Below the pieces are notes generated by a model, which saw only the letters and a program-made list of their open reading frames with translations, had not been told where the DNA came from and did not search any database. From the sequence record PV636258.1: a DNA stretch of 64,000 nucleotides. One strand, written 5' to 3'. Positions 10,254 to 19,845 of this stretch are shown in pieces. The stretch comes from a phage. Made by a program: the position numbers and the translations under genes. The stretch's first letter is position 1. Each line of letters opens with the position of its first letter.

Positions 10254-10463
10254 TTACTTCCTCATCATATTCAATAAATTAATTTTACCCTTTGCTTCTG
10301 GGGCATACCAAACGTTCTGAGAGTGCCTCTTACAGCACGGACAATCCTTGGTGGCAATTACACAGGGAGCCTTGTCCACGGCATATCCAGCGTCTTCGGC
10401 TTCCTTGACGGTGTTAAATGGCAAGTATGCACTTGTGCCTTGCCCTCCGCATGAACATTCCAT
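10254..10463 (-). CDS. Small Cys-rich protein
   Basis: 69 aa with CSCGG and CPCC clusters. Confidence 0.4.
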   Translation of the reverse strand: MECSCGGQGTSAYLPFNTVKEAEDAGYAVDKAPCVIATKDCPCCKRHSQNVWYAPEAKGKINLLNMMRK

Positions 10464-10579
10464 CAGCGTTTCCTCTTAAAGGGGATGATCAGGGCTATGA
10501 TTAACAGCATAGCTGTGATCACTCCGCATGCGATAAGACCGAATGCAAATGATTTCAAAACAAATTGAAAAATAATCAT
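10463..10579 (-). CDS. Small hydrophobic membrane peptide (38 aa), absent from the ORF track
   Basis: ATG overlaps the TGA of the upstream 397-aa gene and its stop overlaps the next ATG; translation MIIFQFVLKSFAFGLIACGVITAMLLIIALIIPFKRKR. Confidence 0.35.
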   Translation of the reverse strand: MIIFQFVLKSFAFGLIACGVITAMLLIIALIIPFKRKR

Positions 10580-11769
10580 AATTTCCTCAGTTTTGCCCTT
10601 GTGATCTGAGTTTGTTTAACACCTTTGAATTCGGTCAATTCTTTGACGCGACCACGAATGATCATATCACCTTCCAGGAATTCAGTTTCCATATAAGAAG
10701 TCTTCCATGTAATGGTATTGCCTTCCTTGGTTTTGAAAGTATACAGATACGTGTCACCATAATCAGACGAATACAGGAAAATCCTTGCTTCAAATTTGAC
10801 CTGTGCTTCTAACATTTCACCAACTTCACCAACCCAATTTGATACAGTGCGCGTTTGGCGGGGGGTGTGGATATAATCATAATACTTTGCTGCTCCCCAA
10901 CGAACTGTCGTGGAGTCCTTAACGAGGTGATATCCAGGTTCGCACATACGTTTCAACCGGACGTTGAAATCGTTATTTTCAGACAACGATGCGATGAAAA
11001 GCATCATATGATACATCTCTGATTGGGCATCTTCGCGAGCTTTGATAGCCTTATTGTAAAACATTTCTACGTCGGAACCTTTCTCCGGACGAGTGCCGCT
11101 AGAGATATGACCAAGAACCCGACCAAAATCATCACTTTTAATGCTCAGGCCGGACAGCAAAACCTGAAAGCAATTCCGCAAATAACCTTCAGTGTCAACG
11201 TAATCAGGTTCGTTCACTCGATAGATGCCTTCAGGTTCATCTTCATCAGGTGAGAACATTTCATGTATCGACATATAATAAGACATCACGGCATCAAGCG
11301 ATTTCTGATGCGGAACATAATGATGCATGCAGCTGCTACCCACGAGCATCTGTGCGCCAGATTGTTCGTTACGAACGACATATGTGTTATGACGACGCAC
11401 AGATTTGTTGCAATGCTCGCACCAAGATACGTTTTCAGCTTCAAATCTTTGAACGAAATTTGGGTGGATGTCATCTGACAGTTTATTCAGAATGACTTTT
11501 GGATACTGGTGGTTGAATTGTCCAATGATACTCCACCCACCATAAGAAACGGGGCGGTCGATGCCTTCACCAGTTAGAGTACAATCTTGCCACCAACGAT
11601 AAAATTTTTCGCCAGTGATAGAATCGCGGTGTTGTGTTTTGTATGGTTCACTGAACTCAACAAGAGGGAACTCGAGATTCAGGCGCTTGGCCGTTCTTTC
11701 AAGTTTGGCCAGACGTTCCTTGACACGACCAATGTTATCAATTGGGATGCTGAAGGTCTTGGCTTTCAT
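10576..11769 (-). CDS. Hypothetical protein (397 aa) with Cys/His cluster
   Basis: Cluster WCEHCNKSVRRHN...SSCMHHY suggests metal binding; preceded by early promoter. Confidence 0.5.
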   Translation of the reverse strand: MKAKTFSIPIDNIGRVKERLAKLERTAKRLNLEFPLVEFSEPYKTQHRDSITGEKFYRWWQDCTLTGEGIDRPVSYGGWSIIGQFNHQYPKVILNKLSDDIHPNFVQRFEAENVSWCEHCNKSVRRHNTYVVRNEQSGAQMLVGSSCMHHYVPHQKSLDAVMSYYMSIHEMFSPDEDEPEGIYRVNEPDYVDTEGYLRNCFQVLLSGLSIKSDDFGRVLGHISSGTRPEKGSDVEMFYNKAIKAREDAQSEMYHMMLFIASLSENNDFNVRLKRMCEPGYHLVKDSTTVRWGAAKYYDYIHTPRQTRTVSNWVGEVGEMLEAQVKFEARIFLYSSDYGDTYLYTFKTKEGNTITWKTSYMETEFLEGDMIIRGRVKELTEFKGVKQTQITRAKLRKL

Positions 11770-11812
11770 TTTTGCCTCTCATGATGTAGTGAAACTTTTC
11801 AATGTAGGTTAA

Positions 11813-11841
11813 ATGATAGCCGCAAGTTTTATTGAAGTAAA
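11813..11841 (-). promoter_or_regulatory. Sigma70-like early promoter (minus strand: TTTACT-N17-TATCAT)
   Basis: Located right after the hairpin, about 40 nt upstream of the ATG at 11769. Confidence 0.4.
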
Positions 11842-11857
11842 GTTTTATTGAATTAAA

Positions 11858-11875
11858 GCCCAACAAATGTTGGGC
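11858..11875 (-). terminator. Stem-loop terminator (GCCCAAC/GTTGGGC)
   Basis: 7-bp inverted repeat followed by T-tract on the minus strand. Confidence 0.45.
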
Positions 11876-11886
11876 TTTTACCGATA

Positions 11887-12189
11887 TTATTCAGCAGTGC
11901 GATCAGGTGCTGCGTTAGGATACAGTGACTCATAAAGATCCTGGTATTTGGCGCTGGTCTCGATGGTCTTGGTATAAGTTCCACCAGCGCGATCGGTAAC
12001 GACTTTGCGCAGATCAACGGCTTTGATGCCTGTTTCTTTTGCCAATTCAGCCAGGGCTTCGGTAACAAAGGTCTGTTCAGACTTGATACGGATCTGGGCG
12101 GCACGACAATTTTCTAAAGTCTGCATCATCTTTTGACGCAGTTTTGGATCAGAAGGGAGTTGATAAAAACCAATTTGTTCAACTGACAT
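11887..12189 (-). CDS. Hypothetical protein
   Basis: 100-aa ORF, ATG start. Confidence 0.45.
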   Translation of the reverse strand: MSVEQIGFYQLPSDPKLRQKMMQTLENCRAAQIRIKSEQTFVTEALAELAKETGIKAVDLRKVVTDRAGGTYTKTIETSAKYQDLYESLYPNAAPDRTAE

Positions 12190-12201
12190 AATATATCCTC
12201 A

Positions 12202-12534
12202 TTAATGACGAGAACCGAGTGGACCGATACTAGTTCCCAAACGGCGCAGGAAGAAATAAACGATACTGTGAAAACCAAACTCAGGAATAATATCAACGCC
12301 TTCAACATTGTAATATTCCTGAGTGTTGGTCTGTACTGGCAATGGAAAAGACGGAAGATCAAGCTGAACCAATTCACCTGGTTCGCAATGTATCTTGACA
12401 TTCTTACCCCAATGCCGACGATTCTTATAAAATTCTAGAGTCTGCTCTGTAGTGAGTTTGAGACTGGTTTCTCCAGACTGGCACACCTGTTGTGCCGCCC
12501 GAATCAGGTCAGCTATAAATGCAACATCCGACAT
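12202..12534 (-). CDS. Hypothetical protein
   Basis: 110-aa ORF, ATG start verified at 12532-12534. Confidence 0.45.
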   Translation of the reverse strand: MSDVAFIADLIRAAQQVCQSGETSLKLTTEQTLEFYKNRRHWGKNVKIHCEPGELVQLDLPSFPLPVQTNTQEYYNVEGVDIIPEFGFHSIVYFFLRRLGTSIGPLGSRH

Positions 12535-12597
12535 GATGTGCTCCTGGGTTAATATTCAGATCATAGAGATTATACCCTATGATCACCATTATTGAAG

Positions 12598-14022
12598 TTA
12601 ACCGAAATTCCAATTGTTCACGGTCTCGGCTTTCTTGACATCATTTACGTCGCCTGTTTTGTTTAAGTCATGTTTGATATGAACATTCTCAACATAACGG
12701 GCTTCCTCTTCTGTCAGGTCTCGCTTGACTTCATTCCAATCCAAGTCAAACAATATCTGTTTATCTTGATCCATACCGAACAAGAACGATTTGAGTTTCT
12801 GTTTATTGGCATAACGGTTTTTCAAGATAGACGCTCGGGCTTTCTTAACAGCCGCCAGTTCATCAGGGGCATAGAACGCCATGATGAAGTCTGCAACCTT
12901 CGGAATACCGATAGCATCTGCCAGGTCGCTAATATCACCATCAGTCGCCGATTGTTTTTCACGGTTAAATTGCATACCTGTCCATACAGGGCAATCAAAT
13001 TCAAATCCAAGCGCACGGAATTCACGCGCCACCGACGTATAATACACGTTGGTGTTCTGCATTAAATGGGCAGGAAGGCGAGAAGACGCTGATTCACCCA
13101 AGTAGTCTATAATAATGACGTCCGGCGTAATTCCCGTGGATGTCGCATAATCAAGGATATCGCGGCGATATAGTCCTGTATGCCCAGCGCCTGAAGGATA
13201 TTCCTTGATAACAATATCACCCTTCATGGAACCGTCTTGACGAGTTCGCAACTTTTGTATCGTGGCGACATATTCATGTCGTGAGAGCTTCTCTAAGGAC
13301 TCGAAGTCCCTGCGCATCATACGGGCATCAAGGCGGTGACGCCAGACGTTCTCAGCCACTTCTAGGGTGAATACGAATACGTTCAACCCTTGCTCGGAGT
13401 AACCAGCAGCCAAATCAATCAGAGTTGTTGTCTTACCCGCATTAATTGCACCCGTCACGATGTTCAGCGTTTTCTTACCAACACCACCACGAGTCGCTTT
13501 GTTGAATATCTCTACAGCGAAAGGAATCTTCGCTTCATTAGAGTTCATGTGGTCGTATTGTTGTTCAGCCATTTCCCAATAGATATGGCCAAGATAAGAA
13601 TCAAAACTTATCGCCAACGCCTCTTGTAGGAGAGTTGGAATCGTGTTCATCTCATCTTTACGTTTCTCATCACCATAGATGTTGACGGCGTGTTTGATCG
13701 CATTATGAACAGCTTTCTGCCGCGCCCAACTTTCTGTTTCTTTTACAAGCCATTCCTGATGGAATGTGTTGTCATTGATATTCTCAAGAGCAGAAATAGC
13801 TTGTTCAAATACGTGTTCGTTGAGCGAAGTCTTTTCCAGCATAATAGACAACGCTTCAACCGAAGGACGAGCATTATATTCGCAAGTGTAATGGTCAATG
13901 AGACCGAATATAATTTTCTCGCCTTCGTTATCGAAATAATCGGCTTTCAAATACGGCTGGATCTTTCTTTGATATTCTTCGTTATAGATTAATTGGGAAA
14001 GCACGACAGATTCGAGTAACAT
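12598..14022 (-). CDS. 41: Replicative DNA helicase (DnaB-like, T4 gp41-like)
   Basis: Walker A GAINAGKTTTL and DnaB-family C-terminal ATPase architecture; ATG is the third codon of the track ORF (TTG at 14028). Confidence 0.8.
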   Translation of the reverse strand: MLLESVVLSQLIYNEEYQRKIQPYLKADYFDNEGEKIIFGLIDHYTCEYNARPSVEALSIMLEKTSLNEHVFEQAISALENINDNTFHQEWLVKETESWARQKAVHNAIKHAVNIYGDEKRKDEMNTIPTLLQEALAISFDSYLGHIYWEMAEQQYDHMNSNEAKIPFAVEIFNKATRGGVGKKTLNIVTGAINAGKTTTLIDLAAGYSEQGLNVFVFTLEVAENVWRHRLDARMMRRDFESLEKLSRHEYVATIQKLRTRQDGSMKGDIVIKEYPSGAGHTGLYRRDILDYATSTGITPDVIIIDYLGESASSRLPAHLMQNTNVYYTSVAREFRALGFEFDCPVWTGMQFNREKQSATDGDISDLADAIGIPKVADFIMAFYAPDELAAVKKARASILKNRYANKQKLKSFLFGMDQDKQILFDLDWNEVKRDLTEEEARYVENVHIKHDLNKTGDVNDVKKAETVNNWNFG

Positions 14023-14028
14023 TGGCAA

Positions 14029-14358
14029 CTACCCCACCAAAATTTTGTTGTAATCCTGAGCATTTTGCTGTATCAGATCAACTAAGATATCCCCAGACAC
14101 CACAGTGAACAAGTCATTTTCTTTCAAATTAACAAATAACAAACGCCATGGTTTCTTCAATATATCTGTTGTAAAGGATAACCGAGGCTCTCCATTATCT
14201 AAATGGACACCCACTTTCCCTATACGAAATTGAACGCCACGGAATTTGCCTTCCGTTATTTCGATTATTGCTAACTGATCAGAACCAGGGTCGATGATTT
14301 TGTAATTAACGGGGGAGTCTCCTCCCCCTGCAATATTACTCGGTTGTTTTGATGACAT
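14029..14358 (-). CDS. Hypothetical protein (occupies the gene-40 position between uvsX and 41)
   Basis: 109-aa ORF overlapping the uvsX stop; assignment by synteny only. Confidence 0.4.
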   Translation of the reverse strand: MSSKQPSNIAGGGDSPVNYKIIDPGSDQLAIIEITEGKFRGVQFRIGKVGVHLDNGEPRLSFTTDILKKPWRLLFVNLKENDLFTVVSGDILVDLIQQNAQDYNKILVG

Positions 14359-15421
14359 TATCGAGGCGCTCCAGCATATCTGCAGGCATAACCGAACTCT
14401 GAGAGATACCGAACATGTTGTTCACATCGTCAACAAAGTCTGGGTTTTCCAGCAGCGGATACCAGAAGTCATCCCCCAGCTCTGCCTTACGATATTTCTT
14501 TTCTTTTTCTGGATCAAACCCGCCTTTGGCAGTGCGTTGATACCAAGAACCACTCACCAAATCCACATACCCCAGCATGCGCGCAATTTCTAACATACCG
14601 GACCAACGGTCAATACCGCCTTCATACAACACAGTGACAGGGAACTTGGCTTTTTCACGGACAAAGCGGCCTTTCATAATGTTGACTGTAAACTGCCATC
14701 CCAAAAGGTCTTTGTCTTCTTTAACTTGAGAACGCGTGATGAACCACAATTGGTTAGAAGACAGGAACCCCTGTTTACCGCCTTTGATGTTCGGCTCGGC
14801 GTATTGGTTCCCGATTTCATCATAGTACGAGTTGATCCATACCAAAACGAATTTCTTTTCAGTGACCAACGGGGTGATAACACGCCAAAAACTATTGAGA
14901 GCGCGAGCGCGGGTCATATCTTGTGTGTCTTTGCCCGCGATGGCATCATCAACTTCTTTGGTAGACGGCAACTGGCTGATTGAGTCAATGAATACGATGA
15001 TCTTGTCACCTTTCTGTGCATCGTTCAGAAGCTGTGTCAGCTTGATCTTCGTCTTTTCAACGTTTTCAATCGGCAGATACAAGACACGGTCCATGTCAAT
15101 ACCCATAGATGTCCAGTAGTTTTCATTCGCACCGCCTTCTGAATCCGCGAAGATACAAATTGCATCAGGAAACTTATCCATGTAAGCCTTAACATCCACC
15201 AGCCCAAACATGGTTTTGAATGTACGAGAATCCCCTACCAACTGTTTGATGCCTGATATCAGACCACCATCAATACGACCGGACCAGGCCAAATTCAGAA
15301 TAGGAATACCCGTACTGCAAATAATGTCAGGCTTCAGCGCATCGGTCTTTGACAGCACTTCGGCATTCGGGTCCAGTTTCTTTGCTGTCTTGAGCATGCG
15401 AGCCATCAATGAATCGGCCAT
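14336..15421 (-). CDS. uvsX: RecA-like recombinase UvsX
   Basis: 361 aa; segments PILNLAWSG..GG, DAICIFADSEGG, VFIDSISQL, DMTRARALNSFWR, GGIDRWSGMLE parallel T4 UvsX. Confidence 0.85.
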   Translation of the reverse strand: MADSLMARMLKTAKKLDPNAEVLSKTDALKPDIICSTGIPILNLAWSGRIDGGLISGIKQLVGDSRTFKTMFGLVDVKAYMDKFPDAICIFADSEGGANENYWTSMGIDMDRVLYLPIENVEKTKIKLTQLLNDAQKGDKIIVFIDSISQLPSTKEVDDAIAGKDTQDMTRARALNSFWRVITPLVTEKKFVLVWINSYYDEIGNQYAEPNIKGGKQGFLSSNQLWFITRSQVKEDKDLLGWQFTVNIMKGRFVREKAKFPVTVLYEGGIDRWSGMLEIARMLGYVDLVSGSWYQRTAKGGFDPEKEKKYRKAELGDDFWYPLLENPDFVDDVNNMFGISQSSVMPADMLERLDNVIKTTE

Positions 15422-15936
15422 TTCGTTTCCTCTTGCTTGTTGATCGTAATTAATAAATCGGTGCCCAAGACTTTCTTGGACAATATATTGATTGCTTCGT
15501 GAATCGCCATTATTGACGGGAGTTTTTCATCGTTAATTTCGGAACCCCCGCGTTCTGTTAAATACATATTACGCAGACGATTGTGCTGTGCCCTGTTGAC
15601 ACAAGAAACATTCAATGCGATATTCAGGATATACATCATTTGTTCAGTTGTAACATCCTTTGGAATAGCATGAACATAATATATCGCATCTTCAAAATAG
15701 ATATGCTGTAATGACTCAGGAATTTCTTCTCCACCGAAAGCAAAATCTTCAATACGTTTGAAAAGGGTTTCCGGCTCTGGTGTTGTAATATGTTGCGTTA
15801 CAGTAGCCGCACCATCTGGTTCTTTGTTGAATTTGGTCGCGATAACGACATGACCGCCTGGTTTAATAAACTCAGCGAAGTTCTCTGCCATGTGCGGGGC
15901 ATATTCCGCATAATATGATACGACAACTGTAAACAT
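15406..15936 (-). CDS. Hypothetical protein
   Basis: 176-aa ORF between uvsX and the nucleotide-metabolism genes (the position occupied by beta-gt in T4); no glycosyltransferase motif recognised. Confidence 0.4.
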   Translation of the reverse strand: MFTVVVSYYAEYAPHMAENFAEFIKPGGHVVIATKFNKEPDGAATVTQHITTPEPETLFKRIEDFAFGGEEIPESLQHIYFEDAIYYVHAIPKDVTTEQMMYILNIALNVSCVNRAQHNRLRNMYLTERGGSEINDEKLPSIMAIHEAINILSKKVLGTDLLITINKQEETKWPIH

Positions 15937-16481
15937 TAGAACTCCAGAGTCAGAGGGGTTTCGGCAGACTTGTCATAGTTCGCACCGCCAGCAGCACGTA
16001 GACGATTGCGATCGTTTTTGCGCTTGTGTGCCAGCATGTAGGTCTCAGCATCCAGCCCCAAATATCCGCAAGCCGCTGCCAAGAAGGTAGCCAAAACATT
16101 CCGAAGAGGGTGTGACATGAAATACGTGAACAGTTCAGTCACTTTCCTGAGGTCGTTAGGGGTTTGAATTGGCTGCGCCTGAACGAATCTCACCATTTCT
16201 GGAATATCGTGTGGTTTGTCTTCCTCCTGCAGGACAGCACAGAGCATGAAGTGAACAACGTCCACCAACTCGTATATGGCATCCACTTGTCGCCAATGCT
16301 TACCACCCCCATAGATCTTCCAGTCTATGGTTGTTTCGTCTAGAAACTCTGCCCACTCACGATAGATGGAGTTTGCTATCGCCACTTCGGTCCAGCGCTT
16401 CTTCCACTCTTCCCCAAAATAGGCCACGTTGGTGGCCTTTTGAAGTTCGAGCAGACTTTTAATATGCTCTGCTGTGATCAT
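15936..16481 (-). CDS. MazG-like all-alpha NTP pyrophosphohydrolase (gp56 dCTPase/dUTPase-like)
   Basis: 181 aa; helix with ELVDVVHFML resembles the T4 gp56 family as recalled; translationally coupled to neighbours. Confidence 0.5.
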   Translation of the reverse strand: MITAEHIKSLLELQKATNVAYFGEEWKKRWTEVAIANSIYREWAEFLDETTIDWKIYGGGKHWRQVDAIYELVDVVHFMLCAVLQEEDKPHDIPEMVRFVQAQPIQTPNDLRKVTELFTYFMSHPLRNVLATFLAAACGYLGLDAETYMLAHKRKNDRNRLRAAGGANYDKSAETPLTLEF

Positions 16482-17047
16482 TTCCGATCCCTATAAAATT
16501 TGACGAACGGTTGCCAACCTTCAAACGGATTGACAAATTCATAATCAACTTCCATCTTATCAATGAAAGCCTCAATGTCATCCTCTATGATACCACCGCG
16601 ATCCGCCTTTGAAATGCGGGTGATGGGACATTTAGTGCTCAGCGCCCATTCATATTCCTGAGGGGTGCGCAAATCACTCACGATATAATGAACGTGTGGG
16701 TTCTGTTCCACCAAAGGAAGTTGATATCGTTTAAAGAATGACAGAAACAGGTCTGGTTGTACGTAACGCAAGCCCGTATCGCTGCCGAGATGAAGCCAGA
16801 TCTGCCGTGGAGTTAATCCCTTGGGGTTATCAGGGTGAACATATGGCAAGTCCTTGATGTCGTCCTCTACTTCCTCTGGCAACCAAGGATAGATGTAATG
16901 AGCCACCCGACGCAACTCGTCTGAGAAAGATAAGCGCTGGATGTCCATATCACCCTGTAAATGGTGAAAGCTGATGAGGGACTCCAAACAGAAGTCCTTG
17001 CCGGAGCGCTTGCGCCCCGTAAAGAATTCCAGATTAGGGTATTTCAT
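16478..17047 (-). CDS. 1: Deoxynucleoside monophosphate kinase (T4 gp1-like)
   Basis: From the ATG at 17047 the N-terminus MKYPNLEFFTGRKRSGKD matches the T4 gp1 P-loop GVKRSGKD; the track start at 17062 is GTG. Confidence 0.7.
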   Translation of the reverse strand: MKYPNLEFFTGRKRSGKDFCLESLISFHHLQGDMDIQRLSFSDELRRVAHYIYPWLPEEVEDDIKDLPYVHPDNPKGLTPRQIWLHLGSDTGLRYVQPDLFLSFFKRYQLPLVEQNPHVHYIVSDLRTPQEYEWALSTKCPITRISKADRGGIIEDDIEAFIDKMEVDYEFVNPFEGWQPFVKFYRDRK

Positions 17048-18084
17048 TCCCCATACCCCCACATGTGTTTACGGTCAACGGGTGATTGTAACAACGCATT
17101 ACGAAGACCATCATCAGCAATCCGACGTTTATCAATTTTAGTATCATTAAGGCGACACCACAGACAATATGACATATCCATCATCAAACCTGTATCTGCG
17201 TTATATTCCTTCAAATGCTCTCTGATTTTACCAAATTCACTGCCAATGTCACAGTGATGAAGTACACCGAGGAACAGATTTTGGATGTTTTCTTGACATT
17301 TCACCTTTTCCGAAGAGAATTCCAACAAAGAATTGTACATACCAGTAGAAGTTCGGGTCTTGTTGGTTATGTTCCCGAGTTGCTTCCGACTGACTTCGTT
17401 GTTGTAATAGTGAAGGTTATTCGAGAACAGTTTATAATTCCCGACTTCCACGTTCAACACCTTCGCCAATACTTCCTGCAAAATGGAGAATTCAATGAAG
17501 TTGATTGAACTCATACCCCAGAGGACATCCTGACTTCGATTGATGACCGTGATGTTCAACCGCCCTTCTGTTATACTGAACAATAAAGCCAGATTACAGA
17601 TCATGTCTTTAGTCTTGGCTTCTCCTGTTTCACTATGCGCGGCCAAACTTTCATCTGAGTCCAGAGCTGGATCATAGATGGTGAGATACGCCTGACGGGT
17701 GTTGGGGTTATTGCGCAAACGGTTGATGACACTATTCAGCTGGCCATAGTTGTACAGGCGTGGTCCGTAAGCACCACGCCACGTTACGCCATCATCCGAG
17801 AAGTTGACCGCACGAGGGAGGACTCGGGAAAGGAAACGGATGTCATTGCGGCCTGACAGAACCCAGAATGTTTCACCAATCGCAGCAAGCGCAGATGAAT
17901 TACGACCTTCAACAGATAACCAACGATCTCGAGGGTCAGCCACCGTAATCGTCACGCCATCAATAAAACGAGTGCCGTCAGTGTTAATCTCTGCGTTGCC
18001 AGGATCTGACTCAATCCCGTGTTCACGGATAGCCAACACAGCTTTCTTCAGCATATCATTATTGTTTAAAGCAAAAATCTCCAT
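17044..18084 (-). CDS. Thymidylate-synthase-fold pyrimidine deoxynucleotide hydroxymethylase/methylase homologue with about 110-aa C-terminal extension
   Basis: TS-family blocks: candidate catalytic Cys in DMICNLALLF (vs PCHAFFQF), NRSQDVLWG (vs QRSCDVFLG), NNLHYY (vs GDTHLY); 346 aa from the ATG. Confidence 0.7.
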   Translation of the reverse strand: MEIFALNNNDMLKKAVLAIREHGIESDPGNAEINTDGTRFIDGVTITVADPRDRWLSVEGRNSSALAAIGETFWVLSGRNDIRFLSRVLPRAVNFSDDGVTWRGAYGPRLYNYGQLNSVINRLRNNPNTRQAYLTIYDPALDSDESLAAHSETGEAKTKDMICNLALLFSITEGRLNITVINRSQDVLWGMSSINFIEFSILQEVLAKVLNVEVGNYKLFSNNLHYYNNEVSRKQLGNITNKTRTSTGMYNSLLEFSSEKVKCQENIQNLFLGVLHHCDIGSEFGKIREHLKEYNADTGLMMDMSYCLWCRLNDTKIDKRRIADDGLRNALLQSPVDRKHMWGYGE

Positions 18085-18746
18085 CAATCAATACTCCCAA
18101 AATCACGATTGAGAAACGCAAAAACAGCCTGCTCTACAGTCAGGCCATCGGACTTCATCATACCTGCAGCCACCGTAGGGAACAAGCCTTTATGCCGTTG
18201 ACGGTGATCATGAACTCTCTCCCACTTCTCGACCACCAGACTTTCATTGAAGTCTGCGCCACCGTTACGCGATTTAACACGGGCAATACAGGTTTCAAGA
18301 GGGGTATCCATAAAGAGGACGACCAATTCACGTGGTGGGCGTGTCAGGCGGGGAATCCAAGAACTCAATAATGTAGACGGAATGATGCCTTCGAAAATCA
18401 CATCATATTTCAGGTATTCTGGTTGGTCAGCAATAGACAACGCGAACAACATCTGCTCAGTATCCTTCAGAGAATCAACCCCTTTGGACTTAGACTTGTC
18501 ATATTTACCGACACAGACAATATTGTAAGATGGACAAACCGTGAGCATGATCTTACTGTTATGGGTTACGACATACGCCTGAGGATCATTCTCCGCCAAA
18601 TAAGAAGGCACAGTAGACTTACCACTACCATTGGAGCCTTTAATGTAATACAACTCTCCTCGTGCCGAATATTCCCCTTCTACAGCAGGTGGTTTGACAA
18701 ACAAATGAACAGGGCGCTTCAACAGCCCTTTGAGCGAATAAGACAT
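18084..18746 (-). CDS. P-loop kinase (nucleotide or DNA kinase, specificity unknown)
   Basis: Walker A GSNGSGKST; stop overlaps the ATG of the TS-fold gene; ATG at 18746 (track start is TTG). Confidence 0.5.
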   Translation of the reverse strand: MSYSLKGLLKRPVHLFVKPPAVEGEYSARGELYYIKGSNGSGKSTVPSYLAENDPQAYVVTHNSKIMLTVCPSYNIVCVGKYDKSKSKGVDSLKDTEQMLFALSIADQPEYLKYDVIFEGIIPSTLLSSWIPRLTRPPRELVVLFMDTPLETCIARVKSRNGGADFNESLVVEKWERVHDHRQRHKGLFPTVAAGMMKSDGLTVEQAVFAFLNRDFGSID

Positions 18747-18818
18747 GACATGCTCCAATAAACAAAAGGAGCTGCTATTATAGCAGCCCCTTTATCTATT
18801 GAACGCTTCTGAATTAAA

Positions 18819-19778
18819 TTACGCAGCAGCTTTCGCTTCGGCCAACGCCTGTGGTAACCATTCATTGATTGCTTTCACCAGAGATTCGGCATCAGTTTCT
18901 TTGATTTTCTGGCGTTTGGTGAATGATTTACCATTCACATACAGACTGAACCCCCAGCCGCCGGAAACGATCGGCGCCAGATCAACATAAGTATTGGTGC
19001 GGGCGTGTGGATTGGCTTCATCTGCCAATTCGGTAACAGGGAACTGGAACCAGCGCATATCCGGATTCACATAGCTCAAATAAACCCCAGGCACAACCCC
19101 CGATTCAACCGCAGCCAGGATAGGACCATAATTGGATGCGCGAGCCGCTTCAACCATTTCTTCACGCTTGTTATGACGACGCTTGCGTTCTTCGGTAGAA
19201 GATGCAGGGCGCATTTCAGAAGATTTCTTGGCCAGAACCGCCTTCGCGTTCGCTAAAGCCTGATCATCCTTCGGATTTTCAACGTCGGCGATTGCTTCAG
19301 CAACGGTTGTGCCCAGCATACGACGGCGAACTTCTTCAGCACGGGCTTGCGCTTCTTCGTCAAGAACTTCTTCGCCTTCAACTACCAGGGAAATGGAACC
19401 GTCTTTGTTGACTTCAAGAGAACCGTCTTCGACGGTCTGGGAATTTTGATCACCGACAGGTTGCCCAACCGTTTCTTCGGCGTCAATCACCGGATTTGAT
19501 TCACCGTCGCCCTGTTTAACCCCCGCATCTTCGGTCGGTTTAACTTTTTCGGCTTCAGCGCGGTCAAGAGCTTCGAGAGTCTCTTCTTTCTCTTCCTGGC
19601 TCAGACCTTCGATGAGTTCAAAGCCATTGGCTGACTGAAGGACGCCTTCCATCATGCGGCGTAATGTTACATTGCCAATGATAAGGTCTGCACCTTTAAT
19701 TTCTGCTTGAAGTTCAGCAGCGGTTTTACCATCAATTTCAAATTTCAGGCCGGACTCGATATGAAGAATATAGGACAT
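18819..19778 (-). CDS. Hypothetical protein with acidic central linker
   Basis: 319 aa; N-terminal domain, D/E-rich low-complexity middle, C-terminal domain; preceded by early promoter. Confidence 0.5.
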   Translation of the reverse strand: MSYILHIESGLKFEIDGKTAAELQAEIKGADLIIGNVTLRRMMEGVLQSANGFELIEGLSQEEKEETLEALDRAEAEKVKPTEDAGVKQGDGESNPVIDAEETVGQPVGDQNSQTVEDGSLEVNKDGSISLVVEGEEVLDEEAQARAEEVRRRMLGTTVAEAIADVENPKDDQALANAKAVLAKKSSEMRPASSTEERKRRHNKREEMVEAARASNYGPILAAVESGVVPGVYLSYVNPDMRWFQFPVTELADEANPHARTNTYVDLAPIVSGGWGFSLYVNGKSFTKRQKIKETDAESLVKAINEWLPQALAEAKAAA

Positions 19779-19845
19779 AATAAAAACCCTTTTGTGTAGT
19801 AACCTTCTTTGGCAGTCTAATGTTCAACTGTGCGTCTGGAACATT

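Noticed and set aside
10576-11769. 397-aa protein as RNA ligase
   Set aside because: No KxDG nucleotidyltransferase motif; only a Cys/His cluster is evident.
17044-18084. Calling the TS-fold protein thymidylate synthase (td) or dCMP hydroxymethylase (42) specifically
   Set aside because: The residue that discriminates dUMP from dCMP (Asn versus Asp near the NRSQD/SINF region) cannot be aligned unambiguously by eye, so only the fold-level call is kept.
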